From: Candidatus Latescibacterota bacterium
Lineage (GTDB): Bacteria; Latescibacterota; UBA2968; UBA8231
Assembly: GCA_963422735.1 (NCBI GenBank)
Contig: OY730476.1
Coordinates: 1,440,001 to 1,504,000 of the forward strand
Direction: 5' to 3'
Length of the DNA stretch: 64,000 bases
The position numbers and the translations under genes are program-made. The notes beneath the pieces were generated by a model. It searched no databases. It saw nothing but the letters and a program-made list of their open reading frames with translations, and had not been told where the DNA came from. The first letter of the stretch is position 1. Every line of letters begins with the position of its first letter. This document shows, one piece after another, positions 1-11,293 of this stretch.

Positions 1-410
1 TTTTCGACCTCTTGGCTGAGGACCAAGTCTGCTGGCGTCTCCAAACGATAGACAAAACCAGATACCACCACCGGCAGCATCTGCCCGGTCAAGTCGTCGA
101 GCCGCCCCCAATACTCGGCAGCTAACAGATCGAGCCCGACCTCCTCCAAGGTCTCGCGCTCGGCCGCGGCTCGTGGCGAGGGGTCGTCTGCCTCAATGCG
201 CCCGCCGGGAAAGGCGATGTGCCCGGACCAAGGATCGTCCGGGTGGCGGGCGCGTTCGATAAAGAGCAACTGCAAGTCCCTCGGCGTCGGTCCCAAGACT
301 ACGGCTACTGCGGCCCGCGTCTTGTCCGTAGAGCCTACCAAGTGGGGCCGGTGCTGGGCGAGCCCCACCTGCACCGCGGCCCAAACGCCTAGTCCGATGG
401 CCGCTTCCAA
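1..410 (-). CDS. Nudix hydrolase, CoA pyrophosphatase type (3' end runs off window)
   Basis: Not in the ORF track; read manually from TTG at 410: ...AAVAVVL...LLFIERARHPDDPWSGHIAFPGGRIEADDPSPRAAAERETLEEVGL. This is the Nudix box preceded by the CoAse motif. Confidence 0.85.
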   Translation of the reverse strand, partial: MEAAIGLGVWAAVQVGLAQHRPHLVGSTDKTRAAVAVVLGPTPRDLQLLFIERARHPDDPWSGHIAFPGGRIEADDPSPRAAAERETLEEVGLDLLAAEYWGRLDDLTGQMLPVVVSGFVYRLETPADLVLSQEVE

Positions 411-413
411 TCG

Positions 414-1877
414 CTAAATGTCGTCAAAAGGATAGAGTTTGCGGCCTAGTCGCTTAAAGGCCAGTTTGCCCTCAGCCGGAGCGTGTACCGACGGTTCGGA
501 GATCACTTGGATCTGGCCAGCCCACGACTCAAAACCTGCGCGGAAGTGAGCCGCGGACTTGACGCCGACATAGCGCATTTGCTTCGGGTCCAAATCCAAG
601 GTGCGGGAAAACGCCGTGCAAAACGGTTGCTCGCGCTTGTTCACCAACAGCACGTGTACCCCGCCTTGGCGGATGTGGGCCGAGGGCCCCATGGTGCCAT
701 CTAGGCCAGCGTACATAGGCCCGTCGTAGCGAAAGCGGCCGTCAGTCAAAGCCACCACCTCGGCCCGCATAGAACGAGGCTCGCCCTGCAACGGGGACGC
801 CTTGCCGCCTACCTCTAAATCGAGCACCGCACCGACGCCCGCTTGGTGGCAGGCGGCCACCGCTGCGGGATCAACGATGTACAGCACGCAGGCGTCTTGC
901 AGGTCAGCCGCCAAAAAAGCTCGCAGTAACCCCGTGCTGTCGCCGGGCGATCCGCCGCCGGTATTGTCGTTGCGATCGGCCAAGATTACGGGGTAACGCC
1001 CCGTCCTTGCGGCCTCTTGCAGTGCTTCCGCGGTAGAGGGCATGGCCGCCTGCCAGTCGGCCCGGTGCTCCCAGAGCCAAGCGGCCAGCTCATCGGCGCA
1101 GGATTGGGCCAGAGCAGGGTCGTTGTCAGTGGCCACGTACACTGAAGCACCCATATCGGGAATGTCGGCTAGGGGGAAACAGGTGGCTATGGAGCCGCAG
1201 ATCACGCCGGGTCGCGCCTCAATTTGGTGCAAGTATTCGATGGCCTGGCGCATGGGCGGATGAGCCGTAACTTGGTTCATGCCCCAGACTAGGGGCAGTT
1301 GGTGCAAGGCCATGGTCGGCCGCAGGCCTTCCCGCACCATGCGCACCAGCACATCGGCGCACTCGCGGCCCCTCGGTGCCATATCGACCTCTGGATAGGT
1401 CTCCCGCCCAATCAGGACATCGGCGGCTTCGATCATATCTTGGGAGACATTGGAGTGGATGTCCAATTGCCCGACGATGGGCATATCCGGGCCGACCAAA
1501 CGGCGCACGGCAGCTAGGATATGCCCATCGGCATCGTCAATGCCCTCGGCCACCATGGCCCCGTGCAATTCCAATAAAACCCCGTCGATAGCACCCGCTG
1601 CCTCGATGCCGTCAACCAATTCGCCCACGAGCCCATCAAAAATGGAGCGGGGCGTCGGGGCGCTGGGAAAAGCCTCGGCTAAAATCGTCGGCACTACTTC
1701 AAAGCCGTGCGCCTCGGCCCCTTCGATAAAACCGCCGATGGGCGTATTGACCCCAGCAAAGCGCTCGACAATTTTCGCCCCGTGGAGATAGCTGCGCTCC
1801 CGGAAACTGTCCAACGTGGTGGCTACGTTCGTGAAGGTACTGCTCTCGTGGGAAATGCCTCCGATTGCTACGCGCAT
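414..1877 (-). CDS. M81 family metallopeptidase (MlrC-like)
   Basis: 487 aa with MRVAIGGISHESSTF, LELHGAM, LDIHSN, DNTGGGSPGD and VGVKS motifs of MlrC/M81 proteins. Confidence 0.9.
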   Translation of the reverse strand: MRVAIGGISHESSTFTNVATTLDSFRERSYLHGAKIVERFAGVNTPIGGFIEGAEAHGFEVVPTILAEAFPSAPTPRSIFDGLVGELVDGIEAAGAIDGVLLELHGAMVAEGIDDADGHILAAVRRLVGPDMPIVGQLDIHSNVSQDMIEAADVLIGRETYPEVDMAPRGRECADVLVRMVREGLRPTMALHQLPLVWGMNQVTAHPPMRQAIEYLHQIEARPGVICGSIATCFPLADIPDMGASVYVATDNDPALAQSCADELAAWLWEHRADWQAAMPSTAEALQEAARTGRYPVILADRNDNTGGGSPGDSTGLLRAFLAADLQDACVLYIVDPAAVAACHQAGVGAVLDLEVGGKASPLQGEPRSMRAEVVALTDGRFRYDGPMYAGLDGTMGPSAHIRQGGVHVLLVNKREQPFCTAFSRTLDLDPKQMRYVGVKSAAHFRAGFESWAGQIQVISEPSVHAPAEGKLAFKRLGRKLYPFDDI

Positions 1878-1958
1878 CGGATGCTCCTTTCTGTTCTATT
1901 TTTGCTCCTATCTGAAGCCATCTCATAGGTGCCCCGTCCCTGCGCTGGTCTAAACAGC

Positions 1959-1983
1959 GGGTGACCACAAGGGTCGCCCCTAC
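1959..1983 (-). repeat. GTAG-type REP-like palindrome
   Basis: Minus strand reads GTAGGGGCGACCCTTGTGGTCACCC: GTAG tetranucleotide followed by a GC-rich hairpin, in an intergenic position. Confidence 0.55.
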
Positions 1984-2022
1984 CTAGATGACGTATTTCA
2001 GAGTGTACGAGATAACTTCCTG

Positions 2023-2283
2023 TCACTTCGACTCCGACAGGCGGGCGAAGACTTCGCTTACCGTCATGTCCTCAATGAGCAGCCGCTTGTCCCGTGCCTT
2101 GTGTCCCCGCACAATATGCACCCTGCGCTTGGCAACCTTGAGCCGCTTCGCCAGCAGGGCCACCACCGCGTCGTTGGCCTTGCCGCCTTCCGGGGCTGCT
2201 GTCACCCACGCTGTTATCCTGTCGCCATCGACCTCGACGCTGTTGCGCCCGGCCTTCGGCTGCACTTTGATATCGAACTCCAT
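2023..2283 (-). CDS. DUF167 (YggU/UPF0235) family protein
   Basis: 86 aa; IKVQPKAGRNSV, VTAAPEGGKANDAV, GHKARDK. Confidence 0.9.
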   Translation of the reverse strand: MEFDIKVQPKAGRNSVEVDGDRITAWVTAAPEGGKANDAVVALLAKRLKVAKRRVHIVRGHKARDKRLLIEDMTVSEVFARLSESK

Positions 2284-2709
2284 GCGCTGTGCCCACTAAA
2301 TCAACGCAAACCAGTCCTTGTCCACTTCCACCACCTCGACCATCTTCGCGGACACGCCAAGATTGAGTTCCTTCATTTTATCCATCAGCAATTCGCCGTC
2401 AATTAAGTCTATCGGCGTCGCTCCGTCCCGCGTAGCTTCCTTCGGCTGGGGCGACTTTCCTAGTTTCGGCTTGTTTGCCAGATCGCTTCTGCTTCAGGTA
2501 TCGCTGATAAGAAGCAATAACTTCTTTGGAATCAACGCGTTGTGTCTCCCGCCCTGTATCGCTAAGAGACCACACGCCTCTCTCCAAATTATCAATTAAG
2601 CCGTAGTTTTTAAGGTAGGTTCCCGCAAAGCCCAATCGGTACTCTAGCTCTGTCATGCGTTTTCGCCCGCGAGGTATTTTTTGTCCTCGATTGCAAGGTA
2701 TTTGAGTAA

Positions 2710-2998
2710 CGGAATTTCCTAGTGTACGGTTGGGGATTCCGGTTTCATGTAGGCGGTATCACTCGGCTGGCCCGTAGCCCTCGTCCGGGCCAGCGCGGCT
2801 CCCCGCGTTGATGTTCCGAGGCCCGTCGCCGGGTACCCTTCGCCAAGGGGGCGGATGGAACGGACCACTAACCACTAACCACTAACCACTAACCACTAAC
2901 CACTGACCACTGACCACTAACCACTAACCACTAACCACTGACCACTAACCACTGACCACTAACCACTGATTAAACAATCCTTATTCTAGGAAAGTCCG
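2710..2998. mobile_element. Miniature inverted-repeat transposable element (MITE), 289 bp
   Basis: TIRs CGGAATTTCCTAG (2710-2722) and CTAGGAAAGTCCG (2986-2998). An 8-bp direct repeat TTGAGTAA lies at 2702-2709 and 2999-3006. No transposase. Confidence 0.9.
2864..2968. repeat. Heptamer tandem array (ACCACTR) x15
   Basis: 15 consecutive ACCACTA/ACCACTG units inside the MITE. Confidence 0.95.
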
Positions 2999-3197
2999 TT
3001 GAGTAATAGCATCAGACAGACCCATATCTTCAATTACTTGATTGGCGATTTCTCGCTTGGAAGCACTGCCTCCAAGCGCGTGGAGCGCAGCAAGTGTCGG
3101 ATTTAGTAGATCAGGATTCTTCGGGATGTCATCTGCATTGCCATTGTCAATCATCGCAAAAACTCCTTTTCAGATTTTCAGGATTACCCGCGTCCCT

Positions 3198-3986
3198 TTA
3201 CTGCCTAATATGCGGTGCCTCCATCACGGCTCGCTCCTCCTCAGTCATGTCCTCGATGTAGGAAAAATATGTCGTCTGGTGCGCTCCCGAGCCATAGGAC
3301 AGAGTGCCAGGGCCGAACTTGTACAGCAGCGCCCGCCGCTCGTGCGCGGCCGTCCACGGCAGCGTGCCGTGCGTCAAGGTCTCGGTGAAGATCACTGCGT
3401 CGCCGGCCTTGCCGTTTACTTCGAGCACGTGCTCTTGATGCTTTTCCCACTTAATCATGCTCTGCGGACAGGCGAGGTTGGCCTTGTGGCTACCCGGTAT
3501 CACGGCCACACCCCCGTCGCCCGGCCCCTCATTGGCTAGTAGATACTCGACCACGGTCAGCCCGGTGAAGATGCGGTCGTTTTTAAAGAAGTACACTTCC
3601 GATATATCCTTGCGCTCCACTCCGCCGCCGTGCAAAAGCCCACCCTCGCAGCCCGCGTCCATGGCGATCAGCCCCGGCCCGTGGTCGAGGCGATACCCCC
3701 GGCCCAGGATTTCTTCGAGATAGGGCTTGACCTTGGGATGTACCAGCAGCTTGCGAAACGGCTCGCACCAAGGATGCTCCCAAGCCAACATGCCGCCCAA
3801 GTCCTTGCGCCGCGAGGTGCCTTGCATCGCCTGTGAGTCTCCGGCCAGCGAGCGGTCTATCTCGCCCATAAGGTCGCGGTGGCAGTCGATGCCGGCGTTG
3901 AGTTCGGCCACCTCCTCGGCGAGCAGCACATCTTTGAGGACCAAATAGCCCGTCAGGTCAAAGAGGTATTTGTCGTCTGCGTTCAT
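3198..3986 (-). CDS. Phytanoyl-CoA dioxygenase (PhyH) family protein
   Basis: YLFDLTGYLVLKDVL, LHGG, VIPGSHKAN, AGDAVIFTETLTHGTLPW, RRALLYK. Confidence 0.85.
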   Translation of the reverse strand: MNADDKYLFDLTGYLVLKDVLLAEEVAELNAGIDCHRDLMGEIDRSLAGDSQAMQGTSRRKDLGGMLAWEHPWCEPFRKLLVHPKVKPYLEEILGRGYRLDHGPGLIAMDAGCEGGLLHGGGVERKDISEVYFFKNDRIFTGLTVVEYLLANEGPGDGGVAVIPGSHKANLACPQSMIKWEKHQEHVLEVNGKAGDAVIFTETLTHGTLPWTAAHERRALLYKFGPGTLSYGSGAHQTTYFSYIEDMTEEERAVMEAPHIRQ

Positions 3987-4083
3987 GGGAGGGCTCCTTA
4001 TAGAGAGGTAGGCTGAGAAGATGGCAAATTAGCGAGCAGCAGAGTAGCCCATTATCGCTGATTTTCCGTAATTATTGCAAGTC

Positions 4084-6014
<1,931 letters not shown>

Positions 6015-6018
<4 letters not shown>

Positions 6019-6401
6019 AACGCAAAAACATAGCGACCAGCAGCGCGTTTGGCGCGGAGTTCGGTTATTCGCGCGCCGTGCGCATAGACCGGCATGTCCA
6101 CATCGCTGGCACCTGCGCCCAGCCGCCTCATGACCAAGGCGATGCCTACGAGCAGGCCAAGGGTGCATTGCAGATCATATCCGCAGCCCTCGCCGAGGCC
6201 GGCGCTAGCCTCGGTGACGTGGTGCGGACGGTCGTGTACATCACCGATGTGGCCCATGCTGCTGGTGTCACCGGTGCTCACCGCGAAGTGTTTGGCGAGA
6301 TTTTGCCGGCTTCGACCTTGGTCGTCGTAGCCGCGCTGCTAAAGCCGCATCTGGTCGTCGAGATCGAAGCCTACGCCATTTTGCCCACCGAAAGCGCGTG
6401 A
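6015..6401 (+). CDS. RidA/YjgF family protein
   Basis: GYSRAVR, DVVRTVVY, PASTLV, VEIEAYA. Confidence 0.9.
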
Positions 6402-7471
6402 ACAAAGATAACCAGCTCCTATCCATCGGCGTGTTGGGCTGCGGCCCCATCGCCCAATTCGCCCACTTTGAGTCGTGCATCAAGGCCCGCAATACGCGCC
6501 TGTACGCGCTCTGCGACCAAGCGCCGGACTTAGTCGAGCGCATGGCTGCCATTCACCAGCCGGAGAAAACCTACGCCGACTTTGCCGACATGCTCGCGGA
6601 TCCGCAGGTGGAAGCGGTCATTATCGCCACGGCCGACGCGTTCCACGTCCCGCTCAGCTTGCAGGCATTGGCCGCGGGCAAACACGTCTTCGTGGAAAAG
6701 CCCATGGGCATAAGCGTGGAGGAATGCGAAGCACTGCGTCGGGCCGTAGTCGCCTCGGGCTGCAAGCTCCAAGTAGGGCACATGAAGCGCTTCGATCCCG
6801 GCATGGTCTTTGCCCGGCAGTTCATCTGCGAGGAGATGGGGTCGCTTTTGGCCCTGAAGGCTTGGTATTGCGATTCGACCTATCGCTATACTATGACCGA
6901 CAACCTCCAGCCTCTGCCCCTGCACAGCGATCAGGCACGCAAACCAGCGGGCAATCCCAAAGGCGACAAGCGGCGCTACTTCATGCTAACCCACGGCTCG
7001 CATCTCATCGACATAGCCCGCTTTTTGGGCGGTCCGCTCGCGGCCGTGCGCGGGCGGTGCAAGGAGATGTTCGGGGCGTATTCTTGGTTTGTCGAAGTGG
7101 AGTTTGCCAATGGCGGCCAAGGGCATCTCGACCTGACGGTCGCCGTGCGCATGGACTACCACGAGGGCTTTCACATCTATGGAGAGCACGGCAGCGTCGT
7201 CGGCAAAACCTACCTGCCGTGGTTTCTGAAATCCAGCGACGTCGAGTGCTTCTCCACGCGCGATGGCCAATATCGTCGGCCGCTAGGGGCCGACGCGCAT
7301 TTCTATCGACTCCAGCTCGAAGATTTTGCCGATGCCGTCCTGCACGGCGCGCCCCAAATGGGGGCCGATGTGGAGGATGGAACCCAAGCGATGCGGGCGA
7401 TGGCCGCCATTGCCCGCTCGGTCACCAGCGGCGATTGGGCCCGTTTGGAGACCGTCACCGGCGGCATCTAG
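6398..7471 (+). CDS. Gfo/Idh/MocA family oxidoreductase
   Basis: GVLGCGPIA Rossmann motif, GKHVFVEKP. Confidence 0.9.
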   Translation: MNKDNQLLSIGVLGCGPIAQFAHFESCIKARNTRLYALCDQAPDLVERMAAIHQPEKTYADFADMLADPQVEAVIIATADAFHVPLSLQALAAGKHVFVEKPMGISVEECEALRRAVVASGCKLQVGHMKRFDPGMVFARQFICEEMGSLLALKAWYCDSTYRYTMTDNLQPLPLHSDQARKPAGNPKGDKRRYFMLTHGSHLIDIARFLGGPLAAVRGRCKEMFGAYSWFVEVEFANGGQGHLDLTVAVRMDYHEGFHIYGEHGSVVGKTYLPWFLKSSDVECFSTRDGQYRRPLGADAHFYRLQLEDFADAVLHGAPQMGADVEDGTQAMRAMAAIARSVTSGDWARLETVTGGI

Positions 7472-7483
7472 CACAGCGGATCA

Positions 7484-9025
7484 ATGCCCATGTCCTCGTC
7501 CAGTCCCCGCTTCTGGCCCCTCTATCTGCTCGGAGGAGGCATCGTCCTGGCACTCCTGCTGATATGGTTGCCCGAATCCTCCCATCGCCAGCGACAGGTT
7601 CAGGGCACTATGGCCATCTTCATTCTCGCCATTTTCTTCACTTTGCTCTGGTTGCTCTTCGCGTCGCGGCTGGCCTGGGGACAGCGCCTGCGCTATTTCG
7701 GCGGCGCCGTCCTTGTTATTGCGCTTGGTTTCGGGTTTTTTCGCATTAAAGGTATGAGCGGCGACTTCGCACCGATCCTCGAATGGCGTTGGAGTACCAA
7801 GGACGAAGCCGCCGTCGAAGGAGGAGACGCAACCGCGCTCGACGCCCGCGATTGGCCGCAATTTCTCGGCCCCGAGCGCAACAACCGGCTTAGCGGCGTC
7901 CACCTCGAGCGCGACTGGGACAAGCACCCGCCGCGCGAAATCTGGCGTCGCCCCGTCGGCTCAGCTTGGTCCTCCTTTGCCATTGTTGGCGACCGGGCCG
8001 TAACCCAAGAGCAACACGGCCCCGAGGAGCAGGTCGTCTGCTACAACTTGGCAACGGGCCGCAAGCTCTGGCATCGCGCCGATTCGACCCGCTACGAGAC
8101 CGTCATAGCCGGCATCGGCCCCCGCGCTACTCCTACCATTGCTGGAGACCAAGTTTTCACTATGGGCGCTACTGGCATCCTCAATTGCCTAGATCTGGCC
8201 AGCGGGGCGCTGATTTGGTCGCGGGACATCCTCGCCGACAACCGGGCTGAGGCCCATACGTGGGGCATTAGCTGTTCGCCGCTGGTCCTCGACACCTTGG
8301 TCGTGGTCAGCGCCGGAGGCCCGGATGAGCGCTCGCTAGTTGCCTACCACCGTCAAAACGGCGCGTTTGTATGGGGCGGGGGCGCAGACAAGGCCGGCTT
8401 CAGTTCGCCGCGTCTGGTCACTTTGGCTGGACGCGAGCAGATCCTGATCTTCAACAACTACAGCGTCGTCGCGCACGATCCGCAAAGCGGATCTCCCCTC
8501 TGGCGTCATCCCTGGAATCAGGTCGAATGCGTTGCCAACCCCCTGCTCTTGCCCGGGGACCGAATTCTGGCGTCCACCGGCTACGGCATTGGTGCCAAGC
8601 TGTATCAAGTGAACGCCGCGCCCGACGGCGGATTGACGAGCGATATCGTCTGGGAAAGCCCTCGGCTCAAGGCCAAATTTGCCAACATGGTCTATCGCGA
8701 TGGTTTTGTCTATGGCCTTGACGATGGAGTCCTGGTCTGCCTCGACCCGCAAGACGGCAAGCGTCGCTGGAAGCGCGGGCGCTACGGCCACGGCCAGCTC
8801 ATCCTGATAGACGATATCCTGCTGATAATGAGCGAATCGGGCGACGTGGTGCTGGTCGAGGCTCGCCCCGACCGCCACGTAGAACTAGCGCGCATGACGG
8901 CCTTCGCTGGCAAAACTTGGAATCCCCCGGCCCTTGCCGCGCCCTATCTGTTAGTACGCACTGACAGCGAGGCCGCCTGCTACGAGTTGGCACTTGCAGA
9001 CGGTGCCCAAGCGCAGCGCTTCTAA
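7484..9025 (+). CDS. Membrane-anchored PQQ-like beta-propeller (BamB-like) protein
   Basis: N-terminal TM helices, then DWPQFLGPERN and repeated propeller blades (GRKLW, GALIW, GKRRW), TWNPPALA. Confidence 0.85.
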   Translation: MPMSSSSPRFWPLYLLGGGIVLALLLIWLPESSHRQRQVQGTMAIFILAIFFTLLWLLFASRLAWGQRLRYFGGAVLVIALGFGFFRIKGMSGDFAPILEWRWSTKDEAAVEGGDATALDARDWPQFLGPERNNRLSGVHLERDWDKHPPREIWRRPVGSAWSSFAIVGDRAVTQEQHGPEEQVVCYNLATGRKLWHRADSTRYETVIAGIGPRATPTIAGDQVFTMGATGILNCLDLASGALIWSRDILADNRAEAHTWGISCSPLVLDTLVVVSAGGPDERSLVAYHRQNGAFVWGGGADKAGFSSPRLVTLAGREQILIFNNYSVVAHDPQSGSPLWRHPWNQVECVANPLLLPGDRILASTGYGIGAKLYQVNAAPDGGLTSDIVWESPRLKAKFANMVYRDGFVYGLDDGVLVCLDPQDGKRRWKRGRYGHGQLILIDDILLIMSESGDVVLVEARPDRHVELARMTAFAGKTWNPPALAAPYLLVRTDSEAACYELALADGAQAQRF

Positions 9026-9183
9026 CAAGGCCATGGGTCCGTTAGCTATTCCGTCCTTCGCCATCGGGCAAGCCAGCCCGCGCTCCCGCGTCTTTTATTT
9101 TGCTGTGCCGACGCAACCGGGCGGATTTGCCCGCTACCGCTATAATCTGAATTGGTAGTACCTCTTATATAAGGAAGAAAGTC

Positions 9184-10053
9184 ATGGAAGACTATTCACA
9201 CATTCAGAAGCCGAACTTGGGCTACCGCTATGAGTTCTCCACCGACGAACTTGACGCGATGGACGGATGCTTGGAGACGCACGGCTTCGCAGTGATCAAA
9301 GACGCGTTGCCGCCAGAGTTCGTCGCCAAACTCAAGCAGGCGGTGTGGGACGGCACGGACCCGGAGCACACGTTGCAACCGGGCGAGAGCCGCACGCGGC
9401 ACGCGTGGATCGAGTCTGGCCCAGGTGCTTGGGAGGTACTCGACTACGAGCCTTTCATGGACATTCACCGGCACCTGATCGGCACCGACGAACTGACGAT
9501 CCACCGCTCAGCTGCCATCATCCGCCGGACCGGCTCAGCTCCCGTGGGATGGCATACCGACTGGTGCGGTTATTCGACCGAGATCAAGCACTCGGGCGAC
9601 ATCCTCAACCGAGGGCTGTGGCCTTCGGGCAAGTGGTTTTACCTGACCGGTTCGCGGCCCGAGCACGGCGGCCTATGCGTCATAGAGGATTCCCACATCG
9701 AAGGCTGGGAGGGGCCGGAGGGATTCAGCATGACGGCCGATCGGCGCTCCTTCTATCCAGAGGGCACGGAGGAACGCGGCTACAATGGATTCGACATCCC
9801 CGGCCTCGTCCCCCTCTTCACCAACGGCGGCGACATGATCGTCTTCGCCCATCGCACGTATCACGGCGCGTTCCCCAACCGAATTGAAGAAACGCGCCTG
9901 TCTTGCGGCATCGGCTTCCGCGCCCGCAGCCACCGCATCGACATCCCTTGGGAAATCCCAGAGGAAGGCCAGTGGTTTTTGGCCAACCTACCCGATCGCT
10001 TGCGCCGCTATACGGACGGGTACACGAGCATCAACTTAGAGTGGCAGGGATGA
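9184..10053 (+). CDS. PhyH family 2OG-Fe(II) dioxygenase
   Basis: GFAVIKDAL, WHTD (HxD), GGLCVIEDSH, GDMIVFAHRTYHGAFPN. Confidence 0.85.
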   Translation: MEDYSHIQKPNLGYRYEFSTDELDAMDGCLETHGFAVIKDALPPEFVAKLKQAVWDGTDPEHTLQPGESRTRHAWIESGPGAWEVLDYEPFMDIHRHLIGTDELTIHRSAAIIRRTGSAPVGWHTDWCGYSTEIKHSGDILNRGLWPSGKWFYLTGSRPEHGGLCVIEDSHIEGWEGPEGFSMTADRRSFYPEGTEERGYNGFDIPGLVPLFTNGGDMIVFAHRTYHGAFPNRIEETRLSCGIGFRARSHRIDIPWEIPEEGQWFLANLPDRLRRYTDGYTSINLEWQG

Positions 10054-10179
10054 TCGGAGTTTTTCGTTGCGCGGGATGTTGTAGCCCCGTCCTCATGACC
10101 TCCGAACAAAACGCCTTGGAACAGTACTACCTGCTGTAGTGAACTGACCAGGGCTAATCTTCGCGGCGCGGGCGTGCCA

Positions 10180-10300
10180 CGGTTGATGGTAGATGTAGGG
10201 TGGCTCAAGCACCGCCTGCTGAACTGCGGTCAATTCCGAGACCCATGTCCGGCTGCGTGAACTCGTAGTGCAGATACTTCGGCGTGTAAAGGTGTAGCAC
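10180..10300 (-). pseudogene. C-terminal remnant of a PhyH-like gene
   Basis: Frameshifted pieces LYTPKYLHYEFTQP / WVSELTAVQQAVLEPPYIYH resemble the tail of the 3198-3986 paralog (EDMTEEERAVMEAPHIR). Confidence 0.45.
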
Positions 10301-10319
10301 GACCGTTTTGGTGACATAC

Positions 10320-10714
10320 CAAGACGTGATCCAGCTTGGTTTTGCCATCCCCTTCCGGATCGTAAAGCCGATAGTCAAGCAGCCAGAACCGATCCCGAAC
10401 CGGATGGACATAAACACAGGCGACCACCCCAAGGCTGTTGGAGGGCCCTTGGGCGTTACCGCTATATTGACGACGCCAGCGTACCGCTTGGCCAAAACCG
10501 TGTCATCGAAGAGGACATAGCCCTTTTGACTCTATTCGATGTGAGGTTGGACGTTTTCCCACACCCAGCGCGGCGGAATGCGATCACTGGATAGATACCG
10601 GTTTATCGTAGCATGACTGAACGCTTCGCTATGGTCTGCGAAAGGGGTGAGGGCATAGGTGATAGGGCCGCTGAGCAGATACGGACACTAATCGCGTCGA
10701 GGGCGTAAGTCCTA
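10320..10714 (-). mobile_element. IS701-family transposase remnant (N-terminal part) with terminal IR
   Basis: Fragments FADHSEAFSHATINRYL, GYVLFDDTVLAKRY and ACVYVHPVRDRFWLLDYRLYDPEGDGKTKLDHV with stops and frameshifts; IR GCGTAAGTCCTA at 10703-10714. Confidence 0.8.
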
Positions 10715-10791
10715 ATTAAGAACGAGATGCCGACGAAAAGAGGCTCCGTTCTGGCTATCTATCAAGCAATGATTCAATAGCCGACGAAAAA

Positions 10792-11202
10792 TCAGCGATT
10801 CGCCAACAACTCCTCTATCTCAGGCGGGAAGCCGCGCTGCCCGTCGCGGTTGAGGCTGGTGCCGATAAGGCGGCCGTGCAGCACGTGTGCGCCGTCGACT
10901 TCTCTGAAGATGTCTTGGACAAAGCAAAAGCGCAGGCGGCTCTCCCGCTCCAACCGCAACTCAACTGCAAAGCGGTCGCCGCTTCTGAGGGGGGCCTTGT
11001 AGTCGATTTCGGCACGGGTGAGGACCAAGTCGTGGCCCTGTTGGTGGAAGCGGGCAAAGCTGAGGCCGAGGCTTTGCAAATACTGGTGACGGGCGTGTTC
11101 GAGGTAGTATTGGTAGATAGCATTGTTGACAATACCCTGGAGGTCGCATTCGTAGTCGCGGACGTCTAAGGTCAGCGTGAAGTCGGCAGGCTGTGCTGGC
11201 AT
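10792..11202 (-). CDS. Acyl-CoA thioesterase (YbgC/4HBT family)
   Basis: VRDYECDLQGIVNNAIYQYYLEHAR, IDYKAPL. Confidence 0.9.
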   Translation of the reverse strand: MPAQPADFTLTLDVRDYECDLQGIVNNAIYQYYLEHARHQYLQSLGLSFARFHQQGHDLVLTRAEIDYKAPLRSGDRFAVELRLERESRLRFCFVQDIFREVDGAHVLHGRLIGTSLNRDGQRGFPPEIEELLANR

Positions 11203-11293
11203 GTTTTATCGTCCTATGGACAAGCAGCGGCACCGCTGCTTGTTGGATTGGGGGGACTTGGCTATTTTGTGCCCCGCAAAAGGAGAGCGAGCT

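Larger units (their letters stand above)
2296..3154 (-). pseudogene. mrr: Mrr-type restriction endonuclease pseudogene (MITE-interrupted, catalytic core deleted)
   Basis: ATG at 3154 (GGAG RBS) gives MIDNGNADDIPKNPDLLNPTLAALHALGGSASKREIANQV. Removing 2710-2998 plus one TSD copy continues in frame into TELEYRLGFAGTYLKNYGLIDNLERGVWSL (Mrr N-terminal winged helix). The C-terminal tail RDGATPIDLIDGELLMDKMKELNLGV...VDKDWF lies in another frame. Confidence 0.85.

Noticed and set aside
2864-2968. CRISPR array
   Set aside because: Contiguous 7-bp units with no spacers; no cas genes.
6475-7749. Long alternative-frame ORFs (also 24743-25708, 39462-40373, 50629-51657, 58088-58996)
   Set aside because: Shadow ORFs typical of high-GC DNA overlapping well-supported genes; Arg/Pro-rich with no motifs.
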